Positions 13,071 through 27,400 are shown, numbered from the stretch's first letter. The stretch is 64,000 nt of DNA from Eledone cirrhosa (GCA_964016885.1 OZ024742.1:277884001-277948000), one strand, 5' to 3'. Made by a program: numbers and translations. The notes: generated by a model not told the origin, from the sequence alone.

Positions 13071-13283
13071 CCATATAATATATCATTTTCTTCTTTTTTT
13101 CTGTATATATTGAAGAGGTATTGCGGTTTCAGCTTGTTTTCTCAAACATTTCAAGGGTACTCATGCATAGAGTACTACTCTCATTCGTAGTCTTCCCAGC
13201 CGTCGAAACAGTCCTCCCAAATAGGGTCCCCTTCCTCCTCCTCTTACTACTACTATCATTGTGGTTCGAAAAATGTTTCCAAA

Positions 13284-13520
13284 TTCTTCTTCTTCTTCTT
13301 CTTCTTCTTCTTCTTCTTCTTCTTCTTCTTCTTCTTCTTCTTCTTCTTCTTCTTCTTCTTCTATTATATATATATATATATATATTTTTTTTTCTTTCGA
13401 AAATTAAAGTACCAAAAAGAAAAAAAAAAGGAACTCTAACAGTTGATTAGATTATGAACAGGGTCTGCTCTGGTGAGTACTTTGCTATTTTCTTTGTCGC
13501 CAGGCTGACTGACATTGCTG

Positions 13521-13574
<54 letters not shown>
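13284..13574. repeat. (TTC)n and (AG)n microsatellites
   Basis: Direct reading. Confidence 0.95.
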
Positions 13575-13576
<2 letters not shown>

Positions 13577-15249
13577 AATAAGAAATGAAACTAAAAGCAA
13601 AGAAAACGATGATAATTTAATTGCCCCACTGTTTACTGTGGGAAGATGAAATCACTTTTGACACGGCAAGTTATTAAAAAAAACCGTTCAAGCCACTTGG
13701 TTGTAAATCCTGCCGCGAACGCCTGGTTACACACCCACAATACTGATTCATCACAACCAGCAACAAATACCATAACAACAATATGAGCCAACGAAGGTGC
13801 CTGTACATGGCAGCTAGATTTTCTAGAAATAGTAGCCAGACAAACTCCACTTCTATCTGCTAAAATAGCGGAAGAAATATTAATCTGATTCTGGATGCAC
13901 ACTGCCGGAATAAAGATGGAATGGTCCCGACTGAACCGGCTTATTCAATGAGGAATGATCCAAATCTTCGCAATCATGACTGACCTATATCTATTTAATC
14001 AGAGTTGTCCGAAAACATCGCAAGGTCTGCTTAGTCGGTGATAACTAACATAAGATCAATTAAGGTTTACCCAGATCTGCCCAGACTGCTCTGATAACGA
14101 CCTGCTTGATCCGTATTTCAATCAAAGCTGATCCAGTTCAACTCAATCTAGGCTGATTCTAGATGAAACAGGAACAAGAGCAACAACACCACCACCAACA
14201 GTGGTGATGCCAACAACAGCAACATCCTCCTCCTCATCATCATCAACAACAACAATATAAGTAACAGCAACAAAATAACAATAATAGCAACAATACAGCA
14301 GCGGCACAATAATAGCATCAGTAATATTGATGTTTCGAAACTAACTGATAGACCTACTTTTCCATATGACGCTCATTTTCGGCTTGGCAGATGAGGTCAG
14401 ACATATTCTTGTCTTTATCTCTTTATTCCATATACTGGAAAGATATCACAATTTGTGTGATGTGAGGAAGTTTTAGCTGCTATTTCTAGGTATTTGTAAA
14501 CTTTGAACAGATGAAGAAAGAGAGGTCATCTAAAAAATATTCACTCACAAAACTTTGGACAATTCGGGGATATAGTAGAAGACACTTGCTCAAGATGTCA
14601 CATGGCTGGTAAGTGAGCTCCTTAACTACACAGCATGGCTGTGTAGAGTGTGATTTGAGAGAAATTTAGCTGCTATTTCTAGCATATTAAGTTACGACAG
14701 AGAGAGCTCCCCTTCTTGACTCGAACAAGTACTAGCAATATTCCAGAATAGATTCAACCAGCCTTAATATCATACAATATACTTACTCTGTTTTCTACTA
14801 AAATTGGCCGTGTTCCAGTCGAAACATATCACTGTTATATTTAACATATGATGTTTCGCATTAGATGCGATAGATATCGAAGCCAATGGAAACCGTTCGA
14901 GGCGTGGTCGATTATTGACAGTTGAAAGCCTATATTTCATATTTTTTAAGCCCTTGTCTTATATTTCTGACATTTCCTTCGTTCTGAATCTCTAACTCTG
15001 AGATCTTCATTACGATTCTTATCTGACAAAACGTCTTAGAGGTCTTTGACCTAATTTAAACTGAAAGCTACATATTACTGATCTGCTTATATATAAAAAA
15101 AATATAGAAAATAGAAAAACACAGAAGGCAACAAACAGCAAAACTCTTATACTATCGATCTCTCAACCTCTTCAAGAAAATAGAAAAATCCCCAGTAATA
15201 CAAACATAATGGAGTAAGAAACAAAAACAGAATACATGCATACATATTT

Positions 15250-15371
15250 ATGTGCACACACACACACACACACATAGATCCATACATATATACACACACA
15301 CACACACATACACACGTCTATATATGTATGTATATGTATACATACATATATATATATATATACATACATAC

Positions 15372-15448
<77 letters not shown>

Positions 15449-15560
15449 TATGTATTATATATATGTATATGTATATATATATATGTATATATACATATAT
15501 ATGCATTATCTATATGTATATATATGTATATGTATATATATATATGTATATATATATATA

Positions 15561-15628
<68 letters not shown>

Positions 15629-15651
15629 CATGTATATATGTTTTATATATG

Positions 15652-15704
<53 letters not shown>

Positions 15705-15728
15705 CATATATACATGTATATATCTATA

Positions 15729-15798
<70 letters not shown>

Positions 15799-15820
15799 TA
15801 CATATATATGTATACATACC
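15250..15820. repeat. Long compound (TA)n/(CA)n microsatellite
   Basis: Direct reading. Confidence 0.97.
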
Positions 15821-16180
15821 TGATAATATCAGCTAAATATATTGATTATTTTTAGAATGAGCAGAGCGCATAAAGAGATAATCTGCGAGTGAGACGAGAT
15901 AGAGGGTTGAGTTCGATCACCAGATAAAATTCTTTCCATATTGTTGGTTGCTGTGATCGAGTCGATTAAACACTATCCAATCTATCGAAGAGTCAGCAGT
16001 TCTCATTTTACTAGTGGCACTATATGTATGTCCATGATCAAATTATTTTCTAATGGGTTTGTTAGTGCATGTCTTCACACACACAGACACATAGACACAT
16101 AATCACACACACACACATATATATACACACACACTCACGCACATAGACACACAGATACGCACACGCACACACAGACACAT

Positions 16181-16215
<35 letters not shown>

Positions 16216-16264
16216 AAATAAAGTTAAATAAAAGTCAAATGATTAAAATTTAGCTTCGTTTATT

Positions 16265-16319
16265 ACTGCTATATATATTTCAGTGACAGCCATCTTTGGC
16301 TGTGACCTCTTCAGGCAGT
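16265..16319 (-). ncRNA. Type I hammerhead ribozyme
   Basis: ACTGC CTGAAGA GGTcACAGCCA aaga TGGCTGTcACT GAAA TATATA TA GCAGT: canonical core with stems I and II. Confidence 0.88.
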
Positions 16320-17523
16320 TTGAATTAGTATGGTATAGCCAAGTACATATGTTGTTGAGGTGTATAATATTGTCAATACTCTGATATGCCCAGTTCCTTG
16401 TTGGGTTGTTAATTCACTGAGGAACTGGAGTCATATGAATTCAAACAAACGAATTTCAGTGTCATTGGTCAGTTATTAGAACATTCCTTATTCTAAGTGT
16501 TGTTATTGTTGGAGTTAGCTTAGAAATTGATAAAATAGTAGAAGGGACAAGGTGTTAAAGGAACAAAATAACAAAAAAAGTGTCAAACTTCCCATTGGTC
16601 AGTTCTGAAAGCATTCCTCAGTCAGAAGTCTATAGAATTCTTTCTGGGGTGAGGCTCCCTGTAGTGTTTTTGCCTGCTATTGTTCAGTACATTTGACCTC
16701 TACCATTATTTTGGTACTGTTGTTGGTGTATTGGTCAGCTTATATCTTGCTGCTGCTAACAATTTAGCAGTATCCAGTTTGTGTTTTTTCTTCATCCCTC
16801 CCGCCACCATCGTAGTGGTGGTGGTGGTGGTGGTGGTGGTGGTGGGGGGGGGGGGGGGTTCTTCCATGTATATGAAGAAATATAAGGCAATAAATGAAGA
16901 AAACAGAAAATAAATAAATAATATAATAAAATAATTAATATAATTTGTGTAATTTGAAAATAAATAAATAAATAGAGAATAAAGAATAAAGAATAAATGA
17001 GAGATTGGTGAAAAAGTAATGAAAATGCATATGGAGAAGTGAGAAATAATGTAGGATAAAGTGTGTGTGTGTGTGCTATAACCAATCTCAAGGTCAGAAT
17101 ATGTTGGATAGATTGGTATGAGACAAGATGTTAAGATGAGATATTCAAACTCAATGTGTTTGTGTTATAATCTATCTCAACTTAAAATAAATATAAGGTG
17201 ATACAGTGAAGAGGGCAGAAAACAAATAACAAATTAATAAAGAGAAATCAAGATTTAAGATTGGAACTTGAAAGTCAGAAATCTGGTAAATTAAAAGTGT
17301 TTGTGTTATAGATGTTGGCCAAATTATTATGGCTGTGTCCGATTCTATCTTTAGGCTATCATGGTGTCTGCTCCGCCTGGGTTGTTCCCTGTGGCTTGAG
17401 GGGAGTTCACAACCTAGGGTGTTGTTATAGCCCATATAGCTTGAGGGAGGTCTGGCCGAGAGGTGTTTTCATGTTCTGTAGAAGTCTATATAGCTTGAGG
17501 GGAGTTCACATCTTCTTGTGTTG

Positions 17524-20200
17524 CTACTGTCCATATATCTTGAGAAAGGTCCCGGCTTTAAGGTGTCTGCATGTCCCGAAGAAGTCGGTTCTGAGGGTTA
17601 TCAGGCCGCTTCCACCTCTTAGTATCTCGAGGGTCTCGTACAGGCATAGTTTGCATATGCAAGATCCCCCTTTATCGGGTGGTACTTTCCTGATTATGTA
17701 CCAGGCCAGAGAGTATGGGGTCCTGTCCAGCTTAAGCTTCCAGATCAGGTCGGAGAGAGCTGTGCTTTTCCTTTTGGCCTCCTTCTTGAATGAATGGCGA
17801 TGGTTGTACCAGCGGTCCTTAAAGTTCGTTGATGTGGCTTCTATGTAGAGGTGTTCGGAGTTGGGGGTTTTAACCCTACAACCGTACACTAGGTTCTTCT
17901 TGAGACATTCATTACCAAGGGGGTATGATTCGTGGTTTCTGCAGTTGCAGAGGGTGGTCTGCCTCTGCCTGCCTAGATTAGGGTTCTCATTATGTGTTAC
18001 ATGTTGGTCCTCCCCCATGCTCGGTGGGGGGTCCTTGGGTCTGTTTGTGTTTCTTGGGTGGGCTCTGGGTCCCCCCTTCCCTCCTTTCACATGGTTCTGC
18101 TGAGTGTTTGTATTGTCATCTTCTGGTTGTGTGTGGTTTTTAAGCCTACTTCTGTTGATGCTAACAATGTGTTGGGCCAAATTTCTCGTGGTGGAATACG
18201 AAAGCTTCACAGTGTGTCTGTTGAAGATCCTGTGGTATCTGTGGTCCCTCGGGAAGCATTTGTCAAGTGCTCCAAAGAATAATCGGGCCAAGCTTTTCTT
18301 TAGGGCCGCTGAGTAGGGTGGGTTGTACCACGTAATTTGTCGGTGTCTCCTCCTATATGTGTGGGTCGGGGGCTTCGTGATTTGTTGGAGATTTGTTGGG
18401 TTGCTGGTGGTTTCCGCACTGTTGCTTCCCTTTTGGGCTCTATACTTTTTGTTATCTTCGCGGCCCGGATTAAGGGTTGGTTGTTGTCCGCCCCGGGAGA
18501 TCCATCGTGGGGTGGTCGCCCGTTTCCTCCCACCCCACGTGTCCTGCGGTTGGGGTCGTCCTTCCTGGTGTAGTTAGCGTCACGCCTGAGACTGCTACTC
18601 ATATTGTGCTCCATCTCGTGGTCAAGCGCACAAGTCCCCACCGCCCGTGTGGTGGTGTCTGGTACATGGTGCCTATTTGATTCTGCTCTGCCTGTATTGT
18701 TAGGGTTCGCCCTTCCCCCTCTGGTAACGCGGTTGTGGGTGTCTGTTGGGCTATCCACCTCCCGGCTTTTCGGACTATATGTTATATTTTGTCCATGTGC
18801 CGCCTTCTTTAGAGCTGCGTTGTAATATTCCGCGTGGTTGTTGAATATTTCCTTACTTGCGGACAGGCTGGAGTTCCTGTCCGAGACGCTCTTCACCACT
18901 GCCTTGGTTATGGATCTAGGGTGGTTTGATTTGGCGTTAACATATACGAGTTTCTCGTTGGGCTTGTGGTAGGGGTAGTATTGCTCGGTGTTCAGGTTTA
19001 GGGTGGTGTCTAGGAAGTTAAATACCTTCCTATTTGGGTCTATTTCTATGCTGAGCCCCTGGTTCTTAAAGAAATGGCGAATACGCCTCCTCATACCCTC
19101 CAACATATTGGTGCTGTGGTCATGTACTGTGAATAGAGCATCGTCACGGTATAATCCGCCGCCCAGGCAGGGGATTTCATCTGTTATCTGCTTCAGCAGG
19201 TAGAGCCCAACCAGGTCCGTTACCTGCGCTGAGTCGCTGGAGCCCATCGTGATGTCAAAGTTATTTGGCCAATCACTCCTGGTCCAAAGGTCCCCATCGA
19301 AGCGGATTAAGGTCTTTCTTGCGGCGTGGATGATGCTCACCTCCTCTCGGGTTAGGTCCGTATTGGACATCGCTAAAAATAGGGCCATATTAAGTACTAT
19401 GGGTGAGATTGAGGAGTAGTAGCTTGCGATGTCCAGTTGTATAAAGCTGGTCCTACTTTTCTCATGCAGTATTTTGAACCATTCTATTACTTCTCTCGTG
19501 CATGACCATTGCTGTAATTTGGTTTTCTTCCGAAGCTTGGGCAAAATCCTATCCAGTATTCTTTTACTGACGATCCCTAGGTCAGATCGGGAGGGGGCTA
19601 TTAGTCTGACAGGGAGGTCGGACTCAAAGTTTGACTTGTGGTCTTTAAGGGTAATCCGCGGCTCCCTTGGTTGGTATGGGGCCGTCCTGTCCTCTATGCC
19701 GATTCTGGATATAATCCTGTAAGCTGTGGCATTGATCTCATCCAGGGTAAATCCAGGTGTTTTTTTGTAGCACTTCCTCAGTTCCCTGAGGATTATCTTA
19801 TTGTACAGTTCAGTGTTCATATTGTAGAGGTTGTTTGTTTTGTCAGCATGGACAAGTATTCCAGTTGTCCCTTTAAGTTCTGTAATCCGGTTTCTCAGGT
19901 GTCTGGGGTACTCCTGACTTCTGGTTGGGTTTCCGGAGAATTTGAGGTTGAATATGATGTTAATCATCTCGTTTTCAAACTCCTCCATTAGTCTGTTGTG
20001 GGGGGGGGGGGGGGGGGGGATTTCTCCTTGATCGAAAAAGGTACTCCATGTTTTCTGTGTTGGTAGTTTTCTGCGTTCCTCTTTCGAAGTGGAACGCCTT
20101 CCATCTCATCCTACGGATGAGGGAGTCCGTACTCTTGATGAGATCACTGGTGTATACTCATTTATCAGGTAGGGGGATGTCCTTCAGTGACGCTAAGGTA
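17524..20200 (-). pseudogene. PLE polyprotein: reverse transcriptase plus GIY-YIG endonuclease, disrupted
   Basis: N-terminal SLKDIPLP..RRMRWKAFHF; RT motifs ITLKDHK, RLIAP, LDIASYY, ITMGS, GLYRDD, FLD; frameshift before WYNPPYS; CNCR..LVY..LYIE..FKDRWYNH..CKLCLYE..CRH; in-frame TGA at 20158-20160. Confidence 0.93.
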
Positions 20201-20228
20201 TTGGTATACAACCAACATAAACTCAAAA

Positions 20229-20283
<55 letters not shown>

Positions 20284-20641
20284 AACAACGAACAGCGGAG
20301 GACACGTTTCGCACCTTTCCAACAGATCCCCCGCCTAGAAAAAACCCCAGTTGATGGATGTGAATCTGAAATATATAGGGACAATTAAATCTCTCCCAAG
20401 GTAACTCTATCTCGTGTTATTATTTTTATTTTTATCCTTTACGCTCTTTCCTACATTCTTCTACACGCTACAGTCATCTACACGCCACGCATCTCAGCGT
20501 ACACCCACTTACATATTCTCTCTCCACCACCAGATCTTGTTACCCGGAAATTTACCCATCTGCATTGTCGAGGCTTCCAAACGACTTAATGAAATTTACC
20601 TTATTATTCCACAATGCTTCAAGCAAACTTCAATACTCTCT

Positions 20642-20710
<69 letters not shown>

Positions 20711-21012
20711 TTCAGGAGTAACCAATCTTAAAGAGAGAGATGGAGATAGTGGAGGAGATATGAGGGGAGAGATTGGTGAGTTAGTTAGAAGCCAAAGCGT
20801 AAAGGCATGTGCTCAATGTGCAATATGCAGTAGAAAGCAGCTAGGTGGCTGGGTTCATGCAGAAGTTAGGTGCGCAGAGCTGCAAATATTCATTAGTTAA
20901 GCAAATCAAGACCACAAATTTCACAAGGAAGACATTATTAAAAGATTGTCAACATATTTTAGTTTGATGTAAGGAATGTAGAGAATAATAATAATAATAT
21001 TAATAATAATTG

Positions 21013-21197
21013 TTTCTACTTTAGGCACAAGGCCAGCAATTACCCAGTGCATTACTGGTACTTTATTTTATCGACCCCGTAAGGATGAAAGGCAAAGTCA
21101 ACCTCGGCGGGATTTGAACTCATATCGTAAAGGGACGTAACTATGCTGGAAAGCATGGCGTCCGACCCTCTACCGATACTGCCAATCCACCGCCCCT
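21013..21197 (-). mobile_element. SINE family S2 inserted in an (AAT)n run
   Basis: TTTATCGACCCCGTAAGGATGAAAGGCAAAG, GGGATTTGAACTC; absent from the homologous position of the 45172 copy. Confidence 0.85.
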
Positions 21198-21223
21198 ATA
21201 TAATATTTATAATAATAATGTCC

Positions 21224-21343
21224 GTTTACAATTGTTTCGCTACTCCATATAATATTTCTGAATCAGATGACTATATATCATAATTGATCTGGTTCAGTTG
21301 AAAATAATTAACACATTTAAAAGACAGAGCGGCTCATCGGAGC
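21224..21343 (-). ncRNA. Hammerhead-like motif, CCGAUGA core variant with ~95-nt stem II region
   Basis: CCGATGA GCCGCTCTG ... TGGAGTAGC GAAAC AATT GTA AAC. Confidence 0.65.
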
Positions 21344-21490
21344 TTCAAAGGAATATTCCTTTGAAGTTCCGATGAGCCGCTCTGTCTTTTAAATATGTTA
21401 ATTATTTTCAACTGAACCAGATCAATTATATATATATAATATAAAACGAAAAATCAGTGATGCATCTGAACTCAATTTATTGTGTGTTTG

Positions 21491-21690
21491 ATATAGAAAT
21501 GACTTTTACAGGACTAGAACTGCTTCATTGGGGAGAAATCATCACTAAGCTATGATGATTTCTCTCTAATGAAACAGTTCTAGTCCTGTAGAAACTATTT
21601 TTATATTAAATATTTATACTCTGCTATGTATTGAGTACCTTACTTACTGTGGTTACCCCCGATTGAACCCGGGATAAACCTGTTTATTAT
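21491..21690 (+). mobile_element. Fold-back PLE remnant, family D
   Basis: Imperfect hairpin about 21491-21605 around TGATGA..GAAACAGTT; relatives at 37089, 46658 and 52733. Confidence 0.65.
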
Positions 21691-21705
21691 TTTAATAGAT
21701 AATGA

Positions 21706-21738
<33 letters not shown>

Positions 21739-22252
21739 TCGATTGCTTTATATTTTGTATCTCGGCTCTGTAATACATTTAGTAATTTACATTGAGCCTT
21801 TTCTCTTACTGGTAATTAGCTAGTGCTTAATATATATATATATATATATATTTCTCTCTCTCGTCTACGATTTCACAGAAATTACGTTCACCGAATTCAC
21901 AGACTAGATCCCTTCTTCCACCCGTTAGACCTGTACGGAATTCCTTCCTTGCTCACATTTCAACCAGTTTTGATGGTCTTTATTCTCTCTCGTTCACGAT
22001 TTCACCGAATTTATATTCATAGAAATTTGGGACTTGACTTCTTCTTCCTCTCTTTTCGTTGCTTCACCATCTGTGTTTGTTTACACTCGTGTCCCCTTTA
22101 TTTACGTGTCCCAACGACTTTTTTTAGCTGTTGCTCGCACCAACCGGAGGTATATGGTCTTTAAAGCGATGAAATACCAATGATGGTTGGAAGATCACTG
22201 ATGAAGGACTAACTTTATTCATATATATATATATATATATATACGTTTGCTA

Positions 22253-22266
22253 CTATCTATCTCTGA

Positions 22267-22328
<62 letters not shown>

Positions 22329-22333
22329 TATCT
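22253..22333. repeat. (ATCT)n microsatellite, left flank of the Tx1 element
   Basis: Direct reading. Confidence 0.95.
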
Positions 22334-22561
22334 AGCTGTCGTCTGTTCTACAGCGTAGATGTACTTCACTTCGCGCAGAAGTTTTGTTCAAATTTATTGC
22401 GGACATTTTGTAAGTTCAATTTTAATTTTGATACTATTGTGTAGCTAGACCCCCCGTCTGAACTGTCAGGCGGTGGGTCAGCTCATCTTTGCCCCTCCCA
22501 GGGGTGAAAAACCTGTTTTAAAAAATTTCGTGGCATAAAAAATTTCAATCGTCTGACAGAA

Positions 22562-24452
22562 ATGTTAAACGAAGCTAACGAAAATAGTGGTGGGGGGACA
22601 GCCGTAAGAGTTGTAAGCTCGCACGCTTTAGTCCCCCCTTCCTTCCCAACTAACGTCATAGAGAAGGAAAGAAAAAATAAAATAAAAACAGACGAATCTG
22701 CAGAGAAAAATGACGATTCCAACAACGAAAAAAAAAAATTTGAAAAATTGCATGACAATATTAATACCACAAACAAAGACACAACAAACACAAAAATAAC
22801 ATTTGAAAAAAACATCATAACAGAAAGCAAAGCAGACGACAAAGTCAACACCAATAATATTTCATTTGCACAAACAACAAAGAAATCTTTGACATATATA
22901 CCTGAAAATATTTCAGATGTGGCACAAAGAATTACAGACGCCAAACAATACATAACTGAAGGAGAAAATGGTATTTTATCGGTAAAAATGCCTCAAGAAC
23001 TCACCAAAGACATTGAAAGTCGGACGGTCGTTTTCCGCACCATCAACAACATTTCTAAAAAACCTGAACAGCCAACACAAACAGAAATCAAAGCAGTACT
23101 TACAGAAGTACTTAATGAAACCACTTTCATAAGAAAAGACAGACTGTATGGAAGCCTAGCGATTATTATGAAGACCGAATCGGCGGCAAAAAAATGTGCT
23201 TTGTCACCGATTCGTTCGAAAAATTTTACCTTTTATCCATCTTATATGGGTAAAAGAACTCAGCGCATATGGCTGGATGCAATGATGCCAGATGTGGACT
23301 ACTGCTGGCTCATAGCTGGCTTCATCGATCCAGCGAATGACAACGTGATTTCCATTGGGAAAACCACAGGCAATGCGTTCAGTGGAACAGGTATAGAACT
23401 TGTAGTGCAAATGAAGCCTGAACGCATCGCCCAAATACCCTACAGAATCCTATTAGAGGGCCACGGGTATATAAACATTAGCGTGGAGGGGAGAAGGCCG
23501 TCCTGTCATATCTGTGCAGGCAGAGGGCACCTGAAGGCGGCTTGTCCCCAAATTAACAAAAAGAAAACCCTGCTACCAACACCAGCTCCACCACCACTAC
23601 AACAGATAAACAAACAACAAAACTCAGTCCCACCCAACCCGTCCCTCAGTAAAACTACACCACCACCACCATAACACAAAAAGTAACAACACATTACCCC
23701 AAAACAAAATACAGTCACACCCAACCCCTCACTCAATAAAATAACACAACCACCGCAGCCACAACACCCAACACAGTCTAACATAGTGACATCCATCTCC
23801 CCCACAAAGAAAACCAACACGGAATCATTACCAGCAAACATACCTCTTCCCTCCAACACTGAAGATAACCCAACAAATTCGGAGGAAGAAACGGAGTCCT
23901 TCAGACAGATTAAAAGGAAAAAAAGAAAACATGTACATAACACACAAGGCCAAACAACCCCTACCCAAATGTCAACACAATCCAACAAAACACAAAACAC
24001 CCCTCCAGCAACAAACAAAACCAAACCTGCCCCTCCCCTCTTCGAAACACTCACACCATCCGAAAAAAAGACATTACACTATACTTACATCAACAGAAAC
24101 AATAATAAATTAAATGAACTCATAAACAATAATCCTTCGGTACAAACCGAAGGTGTAAACTTTGTTTCTTCAGAAAACTACCCACATTTAAAATTAATAA
24201 AGATCCCAATGAACCTCTACCAAATACTAAAAAAGGGATTTTAAGGAGGATGTAGGACCACCCTCTGTCAAACCCATAAACCGCGTCCTACTAAAAAGCT
24301 TTCCCACTCCCCCTCCCCTCCCCAACACAACTCCAAACACCCCAACCCCACCACACACTGACGACCCCACACCACCACAAGACACCCCTTCACCCAACAC
24401 CCCCGACCCCATGGAAGTCGTGCGACCCGAACCCCGGGAAGCAGAAAGGTAG
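22562..24452 (+). pseudogene. Tx1 ORF1 (gag-like, CCHC zinc knuckle), with premature stop and probable frameshift
   Basis: GRRPSCHICAGRGHLKAACP; ORFs 22562-23674 and 23786-24244 share a frame; Pro/Thr-rich C-terminus. Confidence 0.8.
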
Positions 24453-24485
24453 GTCTCTACACTCTCCTTTGGCTTTGCCGCCCAC

Positions 24486-27400
24486 ATGGATGTGTTAAGA
24501 GTAGGATGTTTGAATGCACGTGGCCTGGGCTCAACTTGGAAGCAAGCAAAGCTTCTAAATGACCTCAGGTCATGTGGTATAAATGTAATGGTTATCTGTG
24601 AGACTCGGATCAGCGGCGTGCGGCAGCTGGCCCCTACCTTCGATGACTTTGAGGTGCATGCATCTCTCTGTCAACCTGGAGGTGGGGGTGGGGTTGTCGT
24701 ACTGCTGGAAAAACACCTGGGTCTTGCCGTACAGGTTGTTCACTCGGACCCGGAGGGTCGTTTGTTGGTGCTAGACGTTGGCAGTAGTGAAGGTGCGGCC
24801 TTGAGACTGGTCGCCGTCTACTCCCATTTCGGAGCTGAACAGCCTGACTTCTTCCAGCGTTTGGAGACATTTCTGGGAACGTCGCGTTCCCTGATTCTAG
24901 TGGGCGATTGGAATGACATCCTAGATGCACGTTGGGACTATGCAGGTGCATGTCCTAATAGAGGGGGGTGTAACAGCCTCAAGGGGTTGCTCGACCGTTT
25001 TAACTTGGTCGATAGATATCGACTAGATTTTCCAACTGTGCCAACCTGGGCTTGGACGAACCACAGTGGTCAATCTAGATCGTACTTAGATAGATTCTTA
25101 GTTAGAAGTAAGGATAGGGACATATTAAGCTGTCCAGAAATGCTCACGGTTGGCTATACAGATCACAAATTAGTGACCTGCGTAGTCAATCTCGAGAAAA
25201 CACATAAACAGGGTCCCGGTTACTGGAAACTTAATTTGTCTTTACCGGCAAAAGAGACTTACAGAAACCGGATTAGCAGATTAGTTAAGGAGAGGTTGAC
25301 GGGTGCAATCGTCAACAACCGATATTGAGGATCTCTCAAAAGAGAGCTTAGAACAGAATCAATAAGTTATAGCAAGATGTTAGCTGCCGATAGGAATAGA
25401 AACGAGAAAGAATTAACAGGTAAATTAGAAGAGGCAATCAAGAGCGAAGTGTAGCCAGAGTGCTGGCATCGAGGACGGCCTTCAACCAGTTTTTCGATGC
25501 AAAGCACGAAGGCTGCGTCATTCGAAGTAAAATACGTGCTCTAGGTAATGAGGGGGCCAAAGCCGTTGGCTGGGCCCACGTGACAGAAGCTAAGAGTGGA
25601 AATCAATCCACCATCCGGTCTTTGCAAGACGAGGATGGACGGGTGATCCGGGAGCCTAAGCAGATGTGCGAGGCCTTTCAAAGGCACTTTGCCCGATTAT
25701 TCGGGGGAGGCGAGGGTCCGGGCGGGGACGTGGATTTCGGTCCATACCTCGACGGCCTGCCGCGTCTCTCGAGCGAAGAGGCAGAGTCCTGCGAGGGACC
25801 AATCTCGGCTGATGCAGCAGACGCAAATCTCCAGGTCTCGATGGTATACCATACGAACTTTATTTAGCAATGCCGGTCTTCTTCTCCGAACTCCTCGAAG
25901 CGGTCTACTGCAATTCGCAGCAGAACTGGAGAATTCCTTGTTCTGTAGCCAAGGGCGTAGTCTCGCTGTTGAAGAAGGACGAGAACAAGGGGGATAATAT
26001 AAATAATTTTCGGCCCATAACCCTGCTAAACACAGAGTTAAAGATTTTGGCCAAGGTGTTAGCAAAGAGGTTGGCGCTTGTCGTGGGTGGCCTGGTGGGA
26101 GATGCGCAGACATGTGCTATCCCATCCAGGTCCATTCACGATAACCTCCACCTCATGCGATACATCATAGAGAGGGTTGGCAACAAACCCGGCTTCGGTG
26201 GGGCCCTGATCAACTTGGATCAGTCTAAGGCCTTCGATAGGGTCGACCATGGTTACCTGGATTCGGTGCTAACGGCGGCTGGGTTCGGTCCTGTTTTCAG
26301 AGGCTGGATCACTGCCTTACATAGCAACCACATCTGTTCTAGGATCAAGGTGAACGGCTACCTTTCGGAGCCGTTCGAAATCACACGATCCATTCGACAG
26401 GGGTGCCCTCTCTCCTCCCTTCTGTACGTATTGACTCTCGACCCTTTACTGAGGAAGTTGGAGTTGTTGCAGGGTATCCCCCTGGAACCAGGATTGAGCA
26501 AAGCGGTGTCGGCCTACGCCGATGACGTAACAGTAATGGTATCGACCGACTCGGAGATCGAGGCGATCGGTACCTTACTAGAGGATTACGAAAGGTTGTC
26601 AGGAGCGAAACTGAACCGGTGAAAAATCCATCGGGCTGCAACTCGGAACGTGAAGAGGCAGACCGATGCCTCCCGACGGTGTCGTAGGACACTGGACGGA
26701 GGGCCCGGTGAAGTTGCTTGGGGTCTGGTTTGGACCGGACCTCCAGGTGGAAAAGAACTGGGACGAGGTTACGAACAAGGTGTTTGCACTAACCCAGAAA
26801 TGGGCCAAGTGTAAGCTGTCCCTAAAAGATCGGGCGGAGGTGGCGAACATTTACATAGCGTCCGTCACTTACTACCGCCTGACTGTCGTGCCTTGCCCTA
26901 AGGAAAAACTCACCACCATGGAACGCATGCTCTTCTAATTTCTTTGGAAGATGCGCCCTCCTATGGTGAGAAGATCCATCTGCTGCCAACAACCTTCGAA
27001 AGGAGGGCTGGGGATGCCGTGGTTGATGATGCGTAGGCACGCATTAAGGCTACGGCACCTACAGGTATTCCTCACTGGTCAACCGGTGTGGGCTCCGTTC
27101 GTGAAACGAGCCTTTCCGAGACTCGTCTCGCTCACCGAGCTGCAGTCCTGGGTCAAGCAAAGATCCGGAAAACTGGGAGACTGGCACACTGAGTGTGCCC
27201 AGGCGCTCAGGGCTCTCTGGCAATCGAGCCAGGCCATCGGTGGAGAATCCACCTTATCATTCTATAGAGGGCTGGTGGGTAGCAGGGGCGATGACACCCT
27301 TGGAGAGTCGCTGGACATGGAAGAGGACGAACTGGCCAGCCTGTTCGGTAGGACTTTCGACCCGGGACCAATGGACAACTTCCAGAAGTCACTAGCCTGA

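Larger units (their letters stand above)
16215..20230 (-). mobile_element. Near-full-length Penelope-like retroelement (Naiad-like), between (TA)n tracts
   Basis: RT plus C-terminal GIY-YIG ORF, ~1.3-kb 3' region with an HHR; 16215-17090 recurs inverted at 32412-33270. Confidence 0.93.
20708..21429. mobile_element. Fold-back PLE remnant, family C, interrupted by a SINE
   Basis: Antisense arm 20708-21354 turns at GGAATATTCC into sense arm 21355-21429; homologous to 45172-45653. Confidence 0.8.

Noticed and set aside
17312-19991. Plus-strand ORFs overlapping the PLE, and antisense ORFs over Tx1 and CRE
   Set aside because: Shadow frames of GC-richer coding sequence with no independent motifs.
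20158-20160. In-frame TGA as selenocysteine, as known for some Naiad elements
   Set aside because: It is not at a conserved Cys position; the zinc-finger cysteines use ordinary codons, and I could not identify a SECIS. A nonsense mutation is more likely.
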